Assembly (NCBI GenBank): GCA_963792535.1
Contig: CAWBWQ010000001.1
Location: 192,001-256,000 of the forward strand
Source: an uncultured Phycisphaerales bacterium
GTDB taxonomy: Bacteria; Planctomycetota; Phycisphaerae; Tepidisphaerales; Tepidisphaeraceae
Length of the DNA stretch: 64,000 bases
Reading direction: 5' to 3'
In this document: piece by piece, positions 10,917-20,736 of the stretch
Numbering within the stretch: position 1 is the first letter of the stretch
Layout: the number at the start of each line of letters is the position of its first letter
Position numbers and translations under genes: made by a program
The notes under the pieces: generated by a model
What the model saw: the letters and a program-made list of their open reading frames with translations, nothing else
Told to the model about the DNA's origin: nothing
Databases searched by the model: none

Positions 10917-12119
10917 TCATGGCATGAGCCGCGCGAATCGCCGGCTGCCCATTTGCAGTACCACCGGTTGCGCGAACTGGTGTTCCTGTTGATGATCGGT
11001 GACTTTCTGTCCGTCTATTTTAACCGCCCCTTCTTTGATTTTACGGATGCCTTCACCATTACTCGCGACCATGCCGGCCCTGACCAGCAGGGGAGCGAGT
11101 TTAAACGGGCCCGGGCCGTCCAGCGGCAGTTCGGGCATCTGATCGGGGATGCCACCGTGGGTGGCGGTCATAAATGATTTTTCAGCCAAATCGGCTGAAT
11201 CCGCATCGTGAAGCCAGGTGATGAGGTGCTTCGCGAGCTTCACCTTTGCGTCGCGCGGGTTCGAAGCGATCAGCGGTTTGAAGTCTGCCTCGGGCAGATC
11301 GGTCAGCAAGGTAAAATACGACTCCATCAATGCATCGGGCAGCTTCATCACCTTGCCGAACATTCCGTTGTCACCACCGGCAGGATCGGTGACGGCAATA
11401 TAATTGCCCAGCGACTTGCTCATCTTCTTCACACCGTCGGTGCCAACCAGCAGCGGGGTGACCAGCACGCATTGCCCGTCGCCGCCTTCTTCTTTTTGGA
11501 ACTCCCGACCGACCAGGTTGTTAAACAGCTGATCGCTGCCGCCCATCTCCAGGTCAGCCTGGATACAAACGCTGTCCCACCCCTGCAGCAGCGGGTAGAG
11601 AATCTCGTGCAGGCGGATGTCCACACCGTCGGCGTACCGCTTGGCAAAATCCTCGCGCGTCAAAACCTGCGCGACACTTTTTCGAGAAGCGAGTTTGATA
11701 ATATCGACCAGCCCCATCGTCCCGAGCCATTCACCGTTGTAGCGAACCTCCAGATGGTCCGGATCGGTCAGGAGGATTTTTCCCACCTGCGCGACATAGG
11801 TCTTCGCGTTGGCGTCAATTTCTTCGCCGGTCAATACTTTTCGCGTGGTGTTTCGCCCGGTGGGATCGCCGACGCGGGCGGTGTAATCGCCGATGATCAG
11901 AACCGCCTTATGGCCAAAGTCCTGAAACTGCCGAACCACCTTCAGTGGAACTGCATGGCCCAACGTGACATCCGGCGCGGTCGGGTCCATGCCCAGCTTG
12001 ATGCGCAGCGGTTTGCCGGTCTTGGCGCTGCTTTCCAGTTTCCGCCGAAGATCCGCCTCACTGATAAGCCGATCGCTGCGTCGGGTAAGCTGTTTAAGTT
12101 GTTGGTCAATATCGGACAT
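10917..12119 (-). CDS. tyrS: Tyrosine--tRNA ligase
   Basis: KLGMDPTAPD, YPLLQGWD, GGSDQLFN, KMSKS and a C-terminal S4-like domain. Confidence 0.95.
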   Translation of the reverse strand: MSDIDQQLKQLTRRSDRLISEADLRRKLESSAKTGKPLRIKLGMDPTAPDVTLGHAVPLKVVRQFQDFGHKAVLIIGDYTARVGDPTGRNTTRKVLTGEEIDANAKTYVAQVGKILLTDPDHLEVRYNGEWLGTMGLVDIIKLASRKSVAQVLTREDFAKRYADGVDIRLHEILYPLLQGWDSVCIQADLEMGGSDQLFNNLVGREFQKEEGGDGQCVLVTPLLVGTDGVKKMSKSLGNYIAVTDPAGGDNGMFGKVMKLPDALMESYFTLLTDLPEADFKPLIASNPRDAKVKLAKHLITWLHDADSADLAEKSFMTATHGGIPDQMPELPLDGPGPFKLAPLLVRAGMVASNGEGIRKIKEGAVKIDGQKVTDHQQEHQFAQPVVLQMGSRRFARLMP

Positions 12120-12240
12120 TTCAGCCTTTTTGTAGGGCTCGGGATTGTAACCGGAACTCGGCAAACCCCAAGCGCAGCCGGAACTGAAGCGCGAAAAGGC
12201 GATTGGCAGTCAGTCGACGATCTTCTATCGTCTCTGACAA

Positions 12241-12942
12241 ATGCTGAAATTTCTCAGTCAACGACATCGCGAAGCAGAGTGGATGGATGAGCCGGACGCA
12301 GAGCCCGTCGCCCTGCGGAAAAGCCTGAGATTTATCCGGGTCGTGAACAAACTGCTCGGCTATAGCTGGGCAACCATTTACCACCTGGATCAATTATGCC
12401 GGGATTGGAAACCGGGGCGGCCTATCACCATCCTGGATGTGGCAACCGGGTCCGGCGATATTCCGCAGGCGATTCTGCGCCGGGCCGGTCGAAAGAAATT
12501 GGATGTCGCCATCGTGGCGGTCGACCTGCACGAGCAAACGCTGCTGACCGCCGCCAGGATCAACACGGACAGGCGGATTCGATTCATCCGGGCGGATGCA
12601 ACCCGATTGCCGTTTGACGATTCGACTTTCGATTTCGTCTTGACCGGCATGTTCCTGCATCATCTCGATCCAACCACCGCCGGCGCGGCGCTGAGCGAGA
12701 TGGACCGCGTTGCGACGCGCGGGATGGTCGTGGCCGACCTCTTGCGATCGCGCCGCGCTTATGGATGGATCGTGCTGTTCACTCTTTTTGCCAACCCGAT
12801 GGTCCGGCATGATGCACGAGTCAGTGTCAGTGGCGCATTTACCGCTGCGGAACTGATCGCGCTCTGCACCGACGCCGGTGTGAAATATTTGAAACCACAT
12901 CGACATTTTGGGCACCGCCTGGTGCTGGCGGGATCGAAGTAA
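12241..12942 (+). CDS. Class I SAM-dependent methyltransferase
   Basis: ILDVATGSGD motif I, MFLHHL, N-terminal EWMD. Confidence 0.85.
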   Translation: MLKFLSQRHREAEWMDEPDAEPVALRKSLRFIRVVNKLLGYSWATIYHLDQLCRDWKPGRPITILDVATGSGDIPQAILRRAGRKKLDVAIVAVDLHEQTLLTAARINTDRRIRFIRADATRLPFDDSTFDFVLTGMFLHHLDPTTAGAALSEMDRVATRGMVVADLLRSRRAYGWIVLFTLFANPMVRHDARVSVSGAFTAAELIALCTDAGVKYLKPHRHFGHRLVLAGSK

Positions 12943-12978
12943 AATATTTCCTGCAGGCTAAATAAAGCAGCGGCAAAA

Positions 12979-13013
12979 TTGACAAGCGGCAACGGAAAAC
13001 TGACAACGGGCAC
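12979..13013 (+). repeat. Degenerate heptamer tandem repeat (TTGACAA GCGGCAA CGGAAAA CTGACAA CGGGCAC)
   Basis: 7-nt periodicity; reverse complement of the units at 6329-6356. Confidence 0.4.
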
Positions 13014-13017
13014 CCGA

Positions 13018-13612
13018 ATGACGACTCCTCTTAAATTGGCCGTGCTTGTCAGTGGATCGGGCACCACACTGCAGAATCTGATCGAAGAAATCGCCGAGGA
13101 AAGGCTGCAGTGCAAAATTTCACTGGTGATTGGATCCAGGCCCGGCCTGAAGGGGATCGATCGCGCCAATGCCGCCCAGATCCCCGCGGTGGTGATCGAT
13201 CGGCGTGAATTTGATGACTTTCGCGCATTCAGCGAACAGGTTTTTTCGACCATCGATCTGGCATCAGTTGACCTGGTTTGTCTGGCGGGCTGGCTTTGCC
13301 TGCTGGAAATTCCGCCGCGATATGAAGGTCGTATTATGAACATCCACCCGTCGTTACTGCCACAATTCGGAGGCAAGGGAATGTTCGGCCAGAAGGTTCA
13401 CCAGGCCGTGCTGCAAGCCAGGTGCACCCAGAGCGGCTGCACCGTGCATTACGTGGACAACCAATATGATAACGGACCGATTATTTTGCAGCGCACCGTG
13501 CCGGTGCATCCGACGGATACTGTCGCTACGCTGGCGGCGCGGGTATTCGAAGAAGAGCGGGTCGCGTATCCCGAGGCCATACGTCGCCATCAGGCGGCGC
13601 CTTGCAAGGTGA
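13018..13612 (+). CDS. purN: Phosphoribosylglycinamide formyltransferase (3' end uncertain, probable frameshift ~13598)
   Basis: LAVLVSGSGTTLQ, NIHPSLLP, GCTVHYVD, GPIILQ. As read, the ORF runs to 13995 over pdxH. Confidence 0.9.
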
Positions 13613-13708
13613 GCGGAAGATGCAGGGAACCAAGTCATGCGAGAGCAACACCGCCCGCTGGTCATCGTTTCTCAACGCCGTTGAAAGTTCAGCAATCCTG
13701 TCCCACGC

Positions 13709-13737
13709 TTGACACTCCGCGTGATTCGTCGAACGAT
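13709..13737 (+). promoter_or_regulatory. Putative promoter of pdxH (leaderless-type)
   Basis: TTGACA-N17-AACGAT-N7-ATG. Confidence 0.5.
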
Positions 13738-13744
13738 TGCGCTC

Positions 13745-14398
13745 ATGCCGGATCCCACTCCAATTCCGCCCAGCGATATGCGCAGGGATTACAAGCTCTT
13801 GGAATTACACGAAGCAGATGCTTTGCCCGACCCGATCCAGCAGTTTGGAAAATGGTTCGAGGATGCCAGGGCAGCCGGCATCATCGAACCGACGGTGATG
13901 ACGCTCGCCACCGCGGATGCCACCGGTCGACCGGCGGCTCGCATCGTGCTGCTCAAGGGTTTCGACGCCCGGGGTTTTGCTTTCTACACCAATAAACTCA
14001 GCCAGAAGGGGAAAGATCTGCGTGAAAATCCCCGCGCCTGTCTCGTTTTTTTCTGGGAGGCACTGGAACGGCAGGTGCGAATCGATGGCTCGGTGGTTGA
14101 CGTCAGCCGGGAAGAAGCCGAGCAGTATTATCATTCTCGCCCCGTCAATTCGCAGATCGGTGCATGGGTTTCGAATCAGAGCAGCATCATCAGTTCCCGC
14201 GATGACCTGAATCAACGCGAGGTGGAGATGCATAAAAAGTTCGACGGTCAGACCGTGCCGATGCCCGATTATTGGGGAGGATATCGCGTGATTCCCGAGG
14301 TTATTGAATTCTGGCAGGGCCGGCCCAGCCGCTTGCACGATCGCCTGTGCTACCGGCTGACTGAGCAGCGATGGAACATCGAAAGACTTGCCCCGTAG
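13745..14398 (+). CDS. pdxH: Pyridoxamine 5'-phosphate oxidase
   Basis: RIVLLKGFD, ERQVRIDG, IEFWQGRPSRLHDR. Confidence 0.95.
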   Translation: MPDPTPIPPSDMRRDYKLLELHEADALPDPIQQFGKWFEDARAAGIIEPTVMTLATADATGRPAARIVLLKGFDARGFAFYTNKLSQKGKDLRENPRACLVFFWEALERQVRIDGSVVDVSREEAEQYYHSRPVNSQIGAWVSNQSSIISSRDDLNQREVEMHKKFDGQTVPMPDYWGGYRVIPEVIEFWQGRPSRLHDRLCYRLTEQRWNIERLAP

Positions 14399-14446
14399 TA
14401 GAACAATCCCGCGTCGCATGCTGAATAAAAGTTGCGACCCTGACTT

Positions 14447-14827
14447 ATGACCCCCGAAGAAAAAATCTACGAAACGATCGGCGAAGCGGGCTTTGTCCGC
14501 CTGGTCCACGCGTTTTACGCGCGCGTAAAAAAAGATGAATTGCTAGGCCCGCTGTATCCTCCTGATGACTTGGAATCTGCTGAGCAGCGTCTGCGCGAGT
14601 TTCTCATTCAGCGTTTCGGTGGCCCGGCAGCATATTCAGCCCAGCGTGGGCATCCCCGCCTGCGCATGCGGCACGCGCCATTCCCGGTCGATTCTGCTGC
14701 GGCCGATCGCTGGGTTTTCCTCATGAACCAGGCGATGGCTGAATCAGCCCTGTCTGGCGACGTGGAGGCGGCGCTGAAAAAATATTTTCGCGATACCGCC
14801 ACCTTCATGATTAACCGCCCGGATTAG
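14447..14827 (+). CDS. Group II (trHbO) truncated hemoglobin
   Basis: YETIGEAGF..LV.AFY, FGGP..YS..RGHPRLRMRHAPF, conserved Trp. Confidence 0.9.
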   Translation: MTPEEKIYETIGEAGFVRLVHAFYARVKKDELLGPLYPPDDLESAEQRLREFLIQRFGGPAAYSAQRGHPRLRMRHAPFPVDSAAADRWVFLMNQAMAESALSGDVEAALKKYFRDTATFMINRPD

Positions 14828-16726
14828 CCGAAGGCAAAACGTTCGCCTGGGCACTGATCCGCGGTTGCGCCATCTGCTGAATCTGCTGGATTGCCTGGGC
14901 GAATGTCCCTGCGATGAAAACGGGTGTCACCGGCGCGATTCGCTCTTTGGCCTGCGAAAGATCCCGATCGCTGCACCAGAGCCCAACCAGCATTTCAACA
15001 TTCGGCAGCACACCCTGCAGGCGCTTGCACAAATACCTTGCATGCGTGATGGCAGCCGGTGGAAGGCGCTGACGCAGACGATATCCGGCTTTGACTGTTT
15101 CACCGTCTCAACCATTTCGCTGGCCAATTTTTCGACCGATGCGATCGTCACGCAGTAACCGCGCAGTTCCAGAAGCTGCCCGAGCATTGTGGCGGCAATT
15201 TCATCCGATGCCCTGCTCGCCGGCAGACATACCACGCTCAATACGCATCCCTTGGGCAAACCGATCCGCGCGGGATCGACCAGGACAGGTTGCGTCGGGG
15301 TTTCGCCGCGTGCTTCATCCACCAGCGCCTGTGCTTCAGCTTTGGTTTCCGCCGCCCGGGCCTGGTCTCCCAGTTCATCCACCAGGCTGCGCACACCTTC
15401 ATGAATGGCGGACTGCCGCTCGGTATTCAGATTTCCCTGCAGTACATCCTGCTCGACCATTGAAAGCGTTTGTATCAGCACCGTGTCGTACAACTCCTCC
15501 AGCGACATCTTTTTCGAGTATTCATTGACCAGAAAAGCCGCTTCCTCCTGATCCAGCGCGAGCAGCCGCTGGTAAACCCGGTCCGACGGTGAAAGGGCCG
15601 GCTCTTCTCCCAGTAGAATCGTTAGAAATTCCAGCTGCGGCACATATTTTCCCATCACGACCAGGCACACGGTCAGAGGGGTTGAAAGCAAAAGCCCAAC
15701 CGGCCCCCACAACCACGCCCAGAACGCCGCGGCCACCAACACCGCGAGCGTGGCGATGCCGGTGCTCGATCCATAAAGCATCGGTTCCAGGAAATTGGCC
15801 GCCACCACTTCAACGGTTCCGTAGGCAAAGAAAACTTCCAGCGCAACGCGTGATTGCGGGAAGACCGCCAGCGCCAACGCGATGGGCAGCGCCGACGAAA
15901 CCCAGATTCCGACATATGGAATGAACCGTAGCAGCGCCGTCAGCAAACCCCATAGCGCCACGGCCGGAAAACTCATGTGGTTGAACTTTCCGAGCGTCCA
16001 CAAAACCACCAGGATCGTTGCACCCACGCTGCCGTTGACGATCGACTGCATCAGCAGATATCGGCTGACACGGGCGGCGGCGTCGTCCAGCGCGGTGGTG
16101 GTCAGCGTCAATCGATTGCGTCCCAGCAGGCGGATGAATCGATCGCGAAGATCTTCACGCTGCTGCAGCATGAAAATCGCAAAAACCGTCACGATAAAAG
16201 CCGTTCCCAATGGCCCCAGCACGATGGATATGAAAGGCCGCAGCACGTCCATCGGCGAACTCTGGCTCTGGGATGACTCCGAGTCATTGTTAATCACCCG
16301 GACATCCATCGCAGGCTGGGTGGAAGACGTGGTGGTCGGGGCAAGCGCCTGCTTCACCTGGGCGTCAGCGGTGTGAACCCAGTTCAAAATCCCGCCCGGC
16401 CCGCGAATGCTCGCCAGCTTGTCTTTGATATGCTGCTCATACGTGGGCATCTCGGTTTTCAGCTCGCCGAGTTGGTCGTAAACGACATATCCAATGCCAA
16501 ACAGCACACCCAGCGTGAACAGAACAGTGATCACAACAGCCACGCCGCGCGGCAGGCGTAACCGCTCGAGTTGTTTGACCAGCGGCGCCAGCAGAAAGCT
16601 AAGCAGAATTGCCAGCGCCAGGGGAATAAGGACCTCCTGCGCGAAATACAGGGCGGCCAGTACCACACAGATCGAACCCAGAACAATAAATCGCGGCGTG
16701 CTGGAAGTGTCATCAGACTTGGGCAT
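14811..16726 (-). CDS. AI-2E family transporter with a C-terminal B12-binding-like/Rossmann domain (frameshift ~15064)
   Basis: PLALAILLSFLLAP, REDLRDRFIRL, LRFIPYVG, WLWGPVGLLLSTPLT; C-terminus continues in ORF 14811..15032. Confidence 0.85.
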
Positions 16727-16864
16727 GTACGTATGTATACGTCAACGGGCGGGATTGGGGGATGGCAATTGCAGTCGCGATTTTTACCTCTGCCAACCCC
16801 CGCCGATTTCCTCATTCCAGGCTGCGGATTGATTGGCGAATTTTTTTATCAGGCCGCCAATGCT

Positions 16865-18523
16865 TTACCACGCTTGCCCGTTTTTTCGCGTCCCGCAGAT
16901 GTGAACGGCGATGCCAAGTTCGGCGGCGAAGCTTGCCTTGGCGAGCATTGCCTTGTCGGCGTCGTCTGCGCTGCTGGCATAGGCCACCTGGATATGGTTG
17001 GACTTGTGCCTTGCCATCATCTGATCGCGGGTGATCCCATACGTGACCGCGTGCATGATCGGCCACTGCGGAGTGGTGGCCGCCCAGCGCCGGTCGGTCT
17101 CCTGCGGTGGAAGATACACAACGCCCGCCCGGCCCAGGTCCATCTTCAGCTTGCCGTTCTCGATAAAAATCCGGCTCCAGATGATTTCACCCGCCTTGCT
17201 GATTCCCTTGAGGGTTCCACCTCCCAGGCGGAAATACATCGAAGGCTGCCGTTCGCTGGAAGCAAATTCCCAGCCGCCCAGGTGCGCCGGGGGGACACTG
17301 CCACTGATCAGGAAAACCCAGACGTAATCGCTGACCGTGCCGCTGCGATCGATGTCGCCCCAGCGGAGATCGTGCAGCGTGTTCTCCACCGGTTGCCCCA
17401 TCGCCTGGTGAACGCGATGCGTGAGGATGCCATCCAGACCGGCACATTCATCCACTTCATTAAAGTGCGGCAGAGGTTGACCTTCATATAAAATCCGCGT
17501 TCCGTCGCGGCTTTTTACCGGCGGGCGATCGCTGTTATTCAGCGTGCCTTCAACCAGATCGGATGCTGGAAGAAGGTCTTTCAATCCCTGTTGATATTGA
17601 ATCCCGATTGCCGAGCAGCCGTAGTCATCAGCAATGCGCACGGCAGCGATATACATCTTGCACTGCTTGTGAATCTGCGCGTCTGTCAGGTCGGTTTCTT
17701 CGTCCGGCCCTGTCCGAAAGATCATGCCGCTGTTGTTCATCCATCGGCGAACCTCCTCTGCCTCGTCATCGCTGACCTGGGTGGTTTCATAATAGAGCGC
17801 GGACTGACTTAACCGCTCTTTGAATACGCCCGTCGGATTCAGCAGATCATCGGGGATGATCGCGTTAAACATCCCCATGCATCCTTCGTCAAACACACCC
17901 ATGATGGCCTTCTCGCGAAGCAGTTGATGCGCCAGCGCGCGGCCCAGCCTGGATTCTTTCGAGCCGACCTTAATGGCTTTGAACTTGATCACATGCGGGG
18001 TTTTGTGCGTGAAATAGCCGCTTTTCAGCCACTTTCGCAGATGGTCCAGGAAGAACGAATCCGAAAAATCCTCGCTCCACACGGTTGAATATTTCACCCC
18101 CGCCTTGGTCAGCGACCCATTGAGATTCAGCATCCCCACAAGCCCCGGCCAGGTGCCCGACCAGTTGGCAACGGTCAGGATGGGTCCCTGGTGGCCCAGC
18201 AACCCGTGCAGAATATGATGCGAATATTGCCAGACCGATTCAGCGACGATCAGCGGCGCATGCTTGTCGATTCCCGCAAAAACACGCATGCCCTCAGCTT
18301 GCGAACTGATGAACCCGTGCCCCTGCGCTTCCTTGAACGGGTGCGCTCGAACCAGTTCATATCCGGCATGACTGACGGCGGCGGTGAGCGCCGCTTCCAT
18401 CTCCGCCTGCGCGGGCCAGCATTTTTGATTCGCGCTGGAACGCAGGTCTCCGTTGGCGATGAGCACAACCTGCTTGCGGCCAACCCTGGACGGTTTTTTG
18501 ACTTGAGGAAACGTATAAGGCAT
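16865..18523 (-). CDS. L-fucose/L-arabinose isomerase-like protein
   Basis: VANWSGTWPGLVG, GIQYQQGLKD, HFNEVDECAG, HKSNHIQVAY; substrate not assignable. Confidence 0.7.
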   Translation of the reverse strand: MPYTFPQVKKPSRVGRKQVVLIANGDLRSSANQKCWPAQAEMEAALTAAVSHAGYELVRAHPFKEAQGHGFISSQAEGMRVFAGIDKHAPLIVAESVWQYSHHILHGLLGHQGPILTVANWSGTWPGLVGMLNLNGSLTKAGVKYSTVWSEDFSDSFFLDHLRKWLKSGYFTHKTPHVIKFKAIKVGSKESRLGRALAHQLLREKAIMGVFDEGCMGMFNAIIPDDLLNPTGVFKERLSQSALYYETTQVSDDEAEEVRRWMNNSGMIFRTGPDEETDLTDAQIHKQCKMYIAAVRIADDYGCSAIGIQYQQGLKDLLPASDLVEGTLNNSDRPPVKSRDGTRILYEGQPLPHFNEVDECAGLDGILTHRVHQAMGQPVENTLHDLRWGDIDRSGTVSDYVWVFLISGSVPPAHLGGWEFASSERQPSMYFRLGGGTLKGISKAGEIIWSRIFIENGKLKMDLGRAGVVYLPPQETDRRWAATTPQWPIMHAVTYGITRDQMMARHKSNHIQVAYASSADDADKAMLAKASFAAELGIAVHICGTRKNGQAW

Positions 18524-18589
18524 TGCGACTCCGACGGGGTGAAACAGTTGTCAATTTACGGCGTTGATTGTCAATCAGCGCAGCGGCGC

Positions 18590-20488
18590 TCAAACGCTCT
18601 TCAGCGCTTCCTGATATTTCCGGATCAATGCCGATCGGCTGATTAAACCGATGATTTTCTTCGCGTTTTGCGGCACGCAGACCGGCAGGTGACTTACATC
18701 GTGCTGACTGAAAGCATCAAACACCGCCGCCAGGTCATCGGTCGTACGCACCGGCGGAATATCCGTGCGCATGACATCGCCGACCACCAGCAACGGGATG
18801 GCATCGCGATCCATCAGCACGGGGTTCAACTCAGCCGCCAGAACCATGCCCTCATAAACGCCGTCCGCGTCGGACACGACAAAATCATAGCTGCTGGTCA
18901 TCGCGCTCACCTCGAGAAGGTGCTGAATGGTGTCCGAATCGGTCACGATCGAGATCGGATCGAGAGGCACCTGTTCGACGGTAATGCGTCGCAGCAGCGA
19001 AAAATCACCGGCATTTCCCTGGCGCACACCGCGCGAACGCAGGGCGAGGGTGTAAACGCTCTCGGGATAAATCGATCGCGCGATCGCGACCGAAATAATG
19101 CACGCCAGCATGGCCGGGAGCATCACTTTGTAATCCTGCGTCAGCTCAAAGCAGATCAGGATGCTCGCCATCGGGGCATGCACCACCGCCGAGAGCACCG
19201 CGCCCATTGCCACCAGGGAATACAACTCGGGTTGAATACCGATAAACCATCCGGTCTTCTGCAGCAGGTGTCCGACCACCGCGCCGATGGTCGCCCCCAC
19301 AAAAACGCTTGGGGCAATGATTCCACCACTGCCGCCACTGCCAAGCGTTACCCCTGTGCCGAATATTTTAATCGCGCAGAGAACCAGCAGCAGACCGGTC
19401 ATGCTGCCGGCCATATTGACGTAAAAATCGGCTCTGAGCATCTGCTGGATGACACCGTATCCATCGCCGTAAAATGCCGGCATGGAATAGACGCTGTAAG
19501 CAAAAGGCTTGTGCGCGGGAATGATGATGTAGACCAGCCCGATGGTCCCCAGGATTAATCCACCGATGGCGGGGCGGATGACTTTTGATATTTTCAGTTC
19601 GCTGAAAAAGTGTTCCGACCAGTACATGGTTCGGGTAAAAACACAACCAATAATGCCGCAGAGAATCCCCAGCAGCATGAAGTTTCCCACCTGATCCCAG
19701 CTGAGCAGCGCGTGGCGGGCAACATCAATGGGCGGCATTGCGAAAATCGCGCGGTAATCAGCCGCATGATGGGTCAGGCGAAATGTTTCCTGCGTGGTCA
19801 CCTGCGCGATCACACTGGCGAGCACCACAGGAGTAAACGACCGGATCGAAAAATCCTGCAGGATAACTTCAAGGGTAAACAGCACACCGCCAAATGGCGC
19901 ATTAAAGATCGCGCTGATCCCGGCGGCACAACCGCAGCCGGTGAGAATCGGCATCTGTGCCCGCGCGACGCGGAATACCTGCCCCACGCCTGAGGCGATG
20001 GCCGCCCCGATCTGAACGATCGGTCCTTCGGCTCCCGCGCTCCCACCGCTTCCGATGGTCAGCGCGCTGGTTAATATTTTTTCGATCGCGATGGCTGGCT
20101 TCTGGAATCCGCTGGTGCGCACCACCGATTCGACCACGTCGACGATGCCGTGGCCCTCGCGCGTGCGAAACACGTAGCGGCTGATAATGCCCACCGCCAG
20201 CCCGCCGGCGGCGGGAAGCAGAAGCAGCAGCCAGCGCCCCGGACCATACAGCCAGCTCTCCTCACCAGGCCGGCCGTAAAGTTGATCTCGAATCAGGTTG
20301 ATGAGCTCGTGGAATCCAACCGCCGCCGCCCCGGTGATGGTCCCGATGATGACCGCCATGAGAAGGAGAAACGCATCATCGTTAAAACCACATCGGCGCA
20401 GAAGACGCGTTACCACGATGCGCAGCCGGGCCCCGGGAGCAGATAAACTGTTCGGTGTGATCCGCACTGCACGAAGATTCAGTTGCAT
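18590..20488 (-). CDS. ClC chloride channel/antiporter with two CBS domains
   Basis: GHG, GSAGAEGPIVQIG, FNAPFGG and GGIIAP motifs; C-terminal CBS pair. Confidence 0.9.
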   Translation of the reverse strand: MQLNLRAVRITPNSLSAPGARLRIVVTRLLRRCGFNDDAFLLLMAVIIGTITGAAAVGFHELINLIRDQLYGRPGEESWLYGPGRWLLLLLPAAGGLAVGIISRYVFRTREGHGIVDVVESVVRTSGFQKPAIAIEKILTSALTIGSGGSAGAEGPIVQIGAAIASGVGQVFRVARAQMPILTGCGCAAGISAIFNAPFGGVLFTLEVILQDFSIRSFTPVVLASVIAQVTTQETFRLTHHAADYRAIFAMPPIDVARHALLSWDQVGNFMLLGILCGIIGCVFTRTMYWSEHFFSELKISKVIRPAIGGLILGTIGLVYIIIPAHKPFAYSVYSMPAFYGDGYGVIQQMLRADFYVNMAGSMTGLLLVLCAIKIFGTGVTLGSGGSGGIIAPSVFVGATIGAVVGHLLQKTGWFIGIQPELYSLVAMGAVLSAVVHAPMASILICFELTQDYKVMLPAMLACIISVAIARSIYPESVYTLALRSRGVRQGNAGDFSLLRRITVEQVPLDPISIVTDSDTIQHLLEVSAMTSSYDFVVSDADGVYEGMVLAAELNPVLMDRDAIPLLVVGDVMRTDIPPVRTTDDLAAVFDAFSQHDVSHLPVCVPQNAKKIIGLISRSALIRKYQEALKSV

Positions 20489-20736
20489 GGGTCGGGCCAG
20501 CATAGCGAGCTTGCTACAAGGGTGGAACCTCACCGGCGATGTCGCCGGTGATAAAGGCTGAATTATCTGACGCATCCTGGCCCGGTTCAGTGTAGCTGCG
20601 ACGCCTGCGTCGCCGTTTTTCAAAGGAAAGAAAACAGGCGACGCAGGCGTCGCAGCTACAATCGTCAAATGATTTTGCCTTGTGGTGAATGCCGGCTCGA
20701 GGATCGCCACTTCGAGTCCTGCGGAAAAGGACGGGC

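Noticed and set aside
12979..13995. 338-aa PurN with a long C-terminal extension or PurN-PdxH fusion
   Set aside because: The extension overlaps pdxH out of frame and is not protein-like; an indel near 13598 explains it
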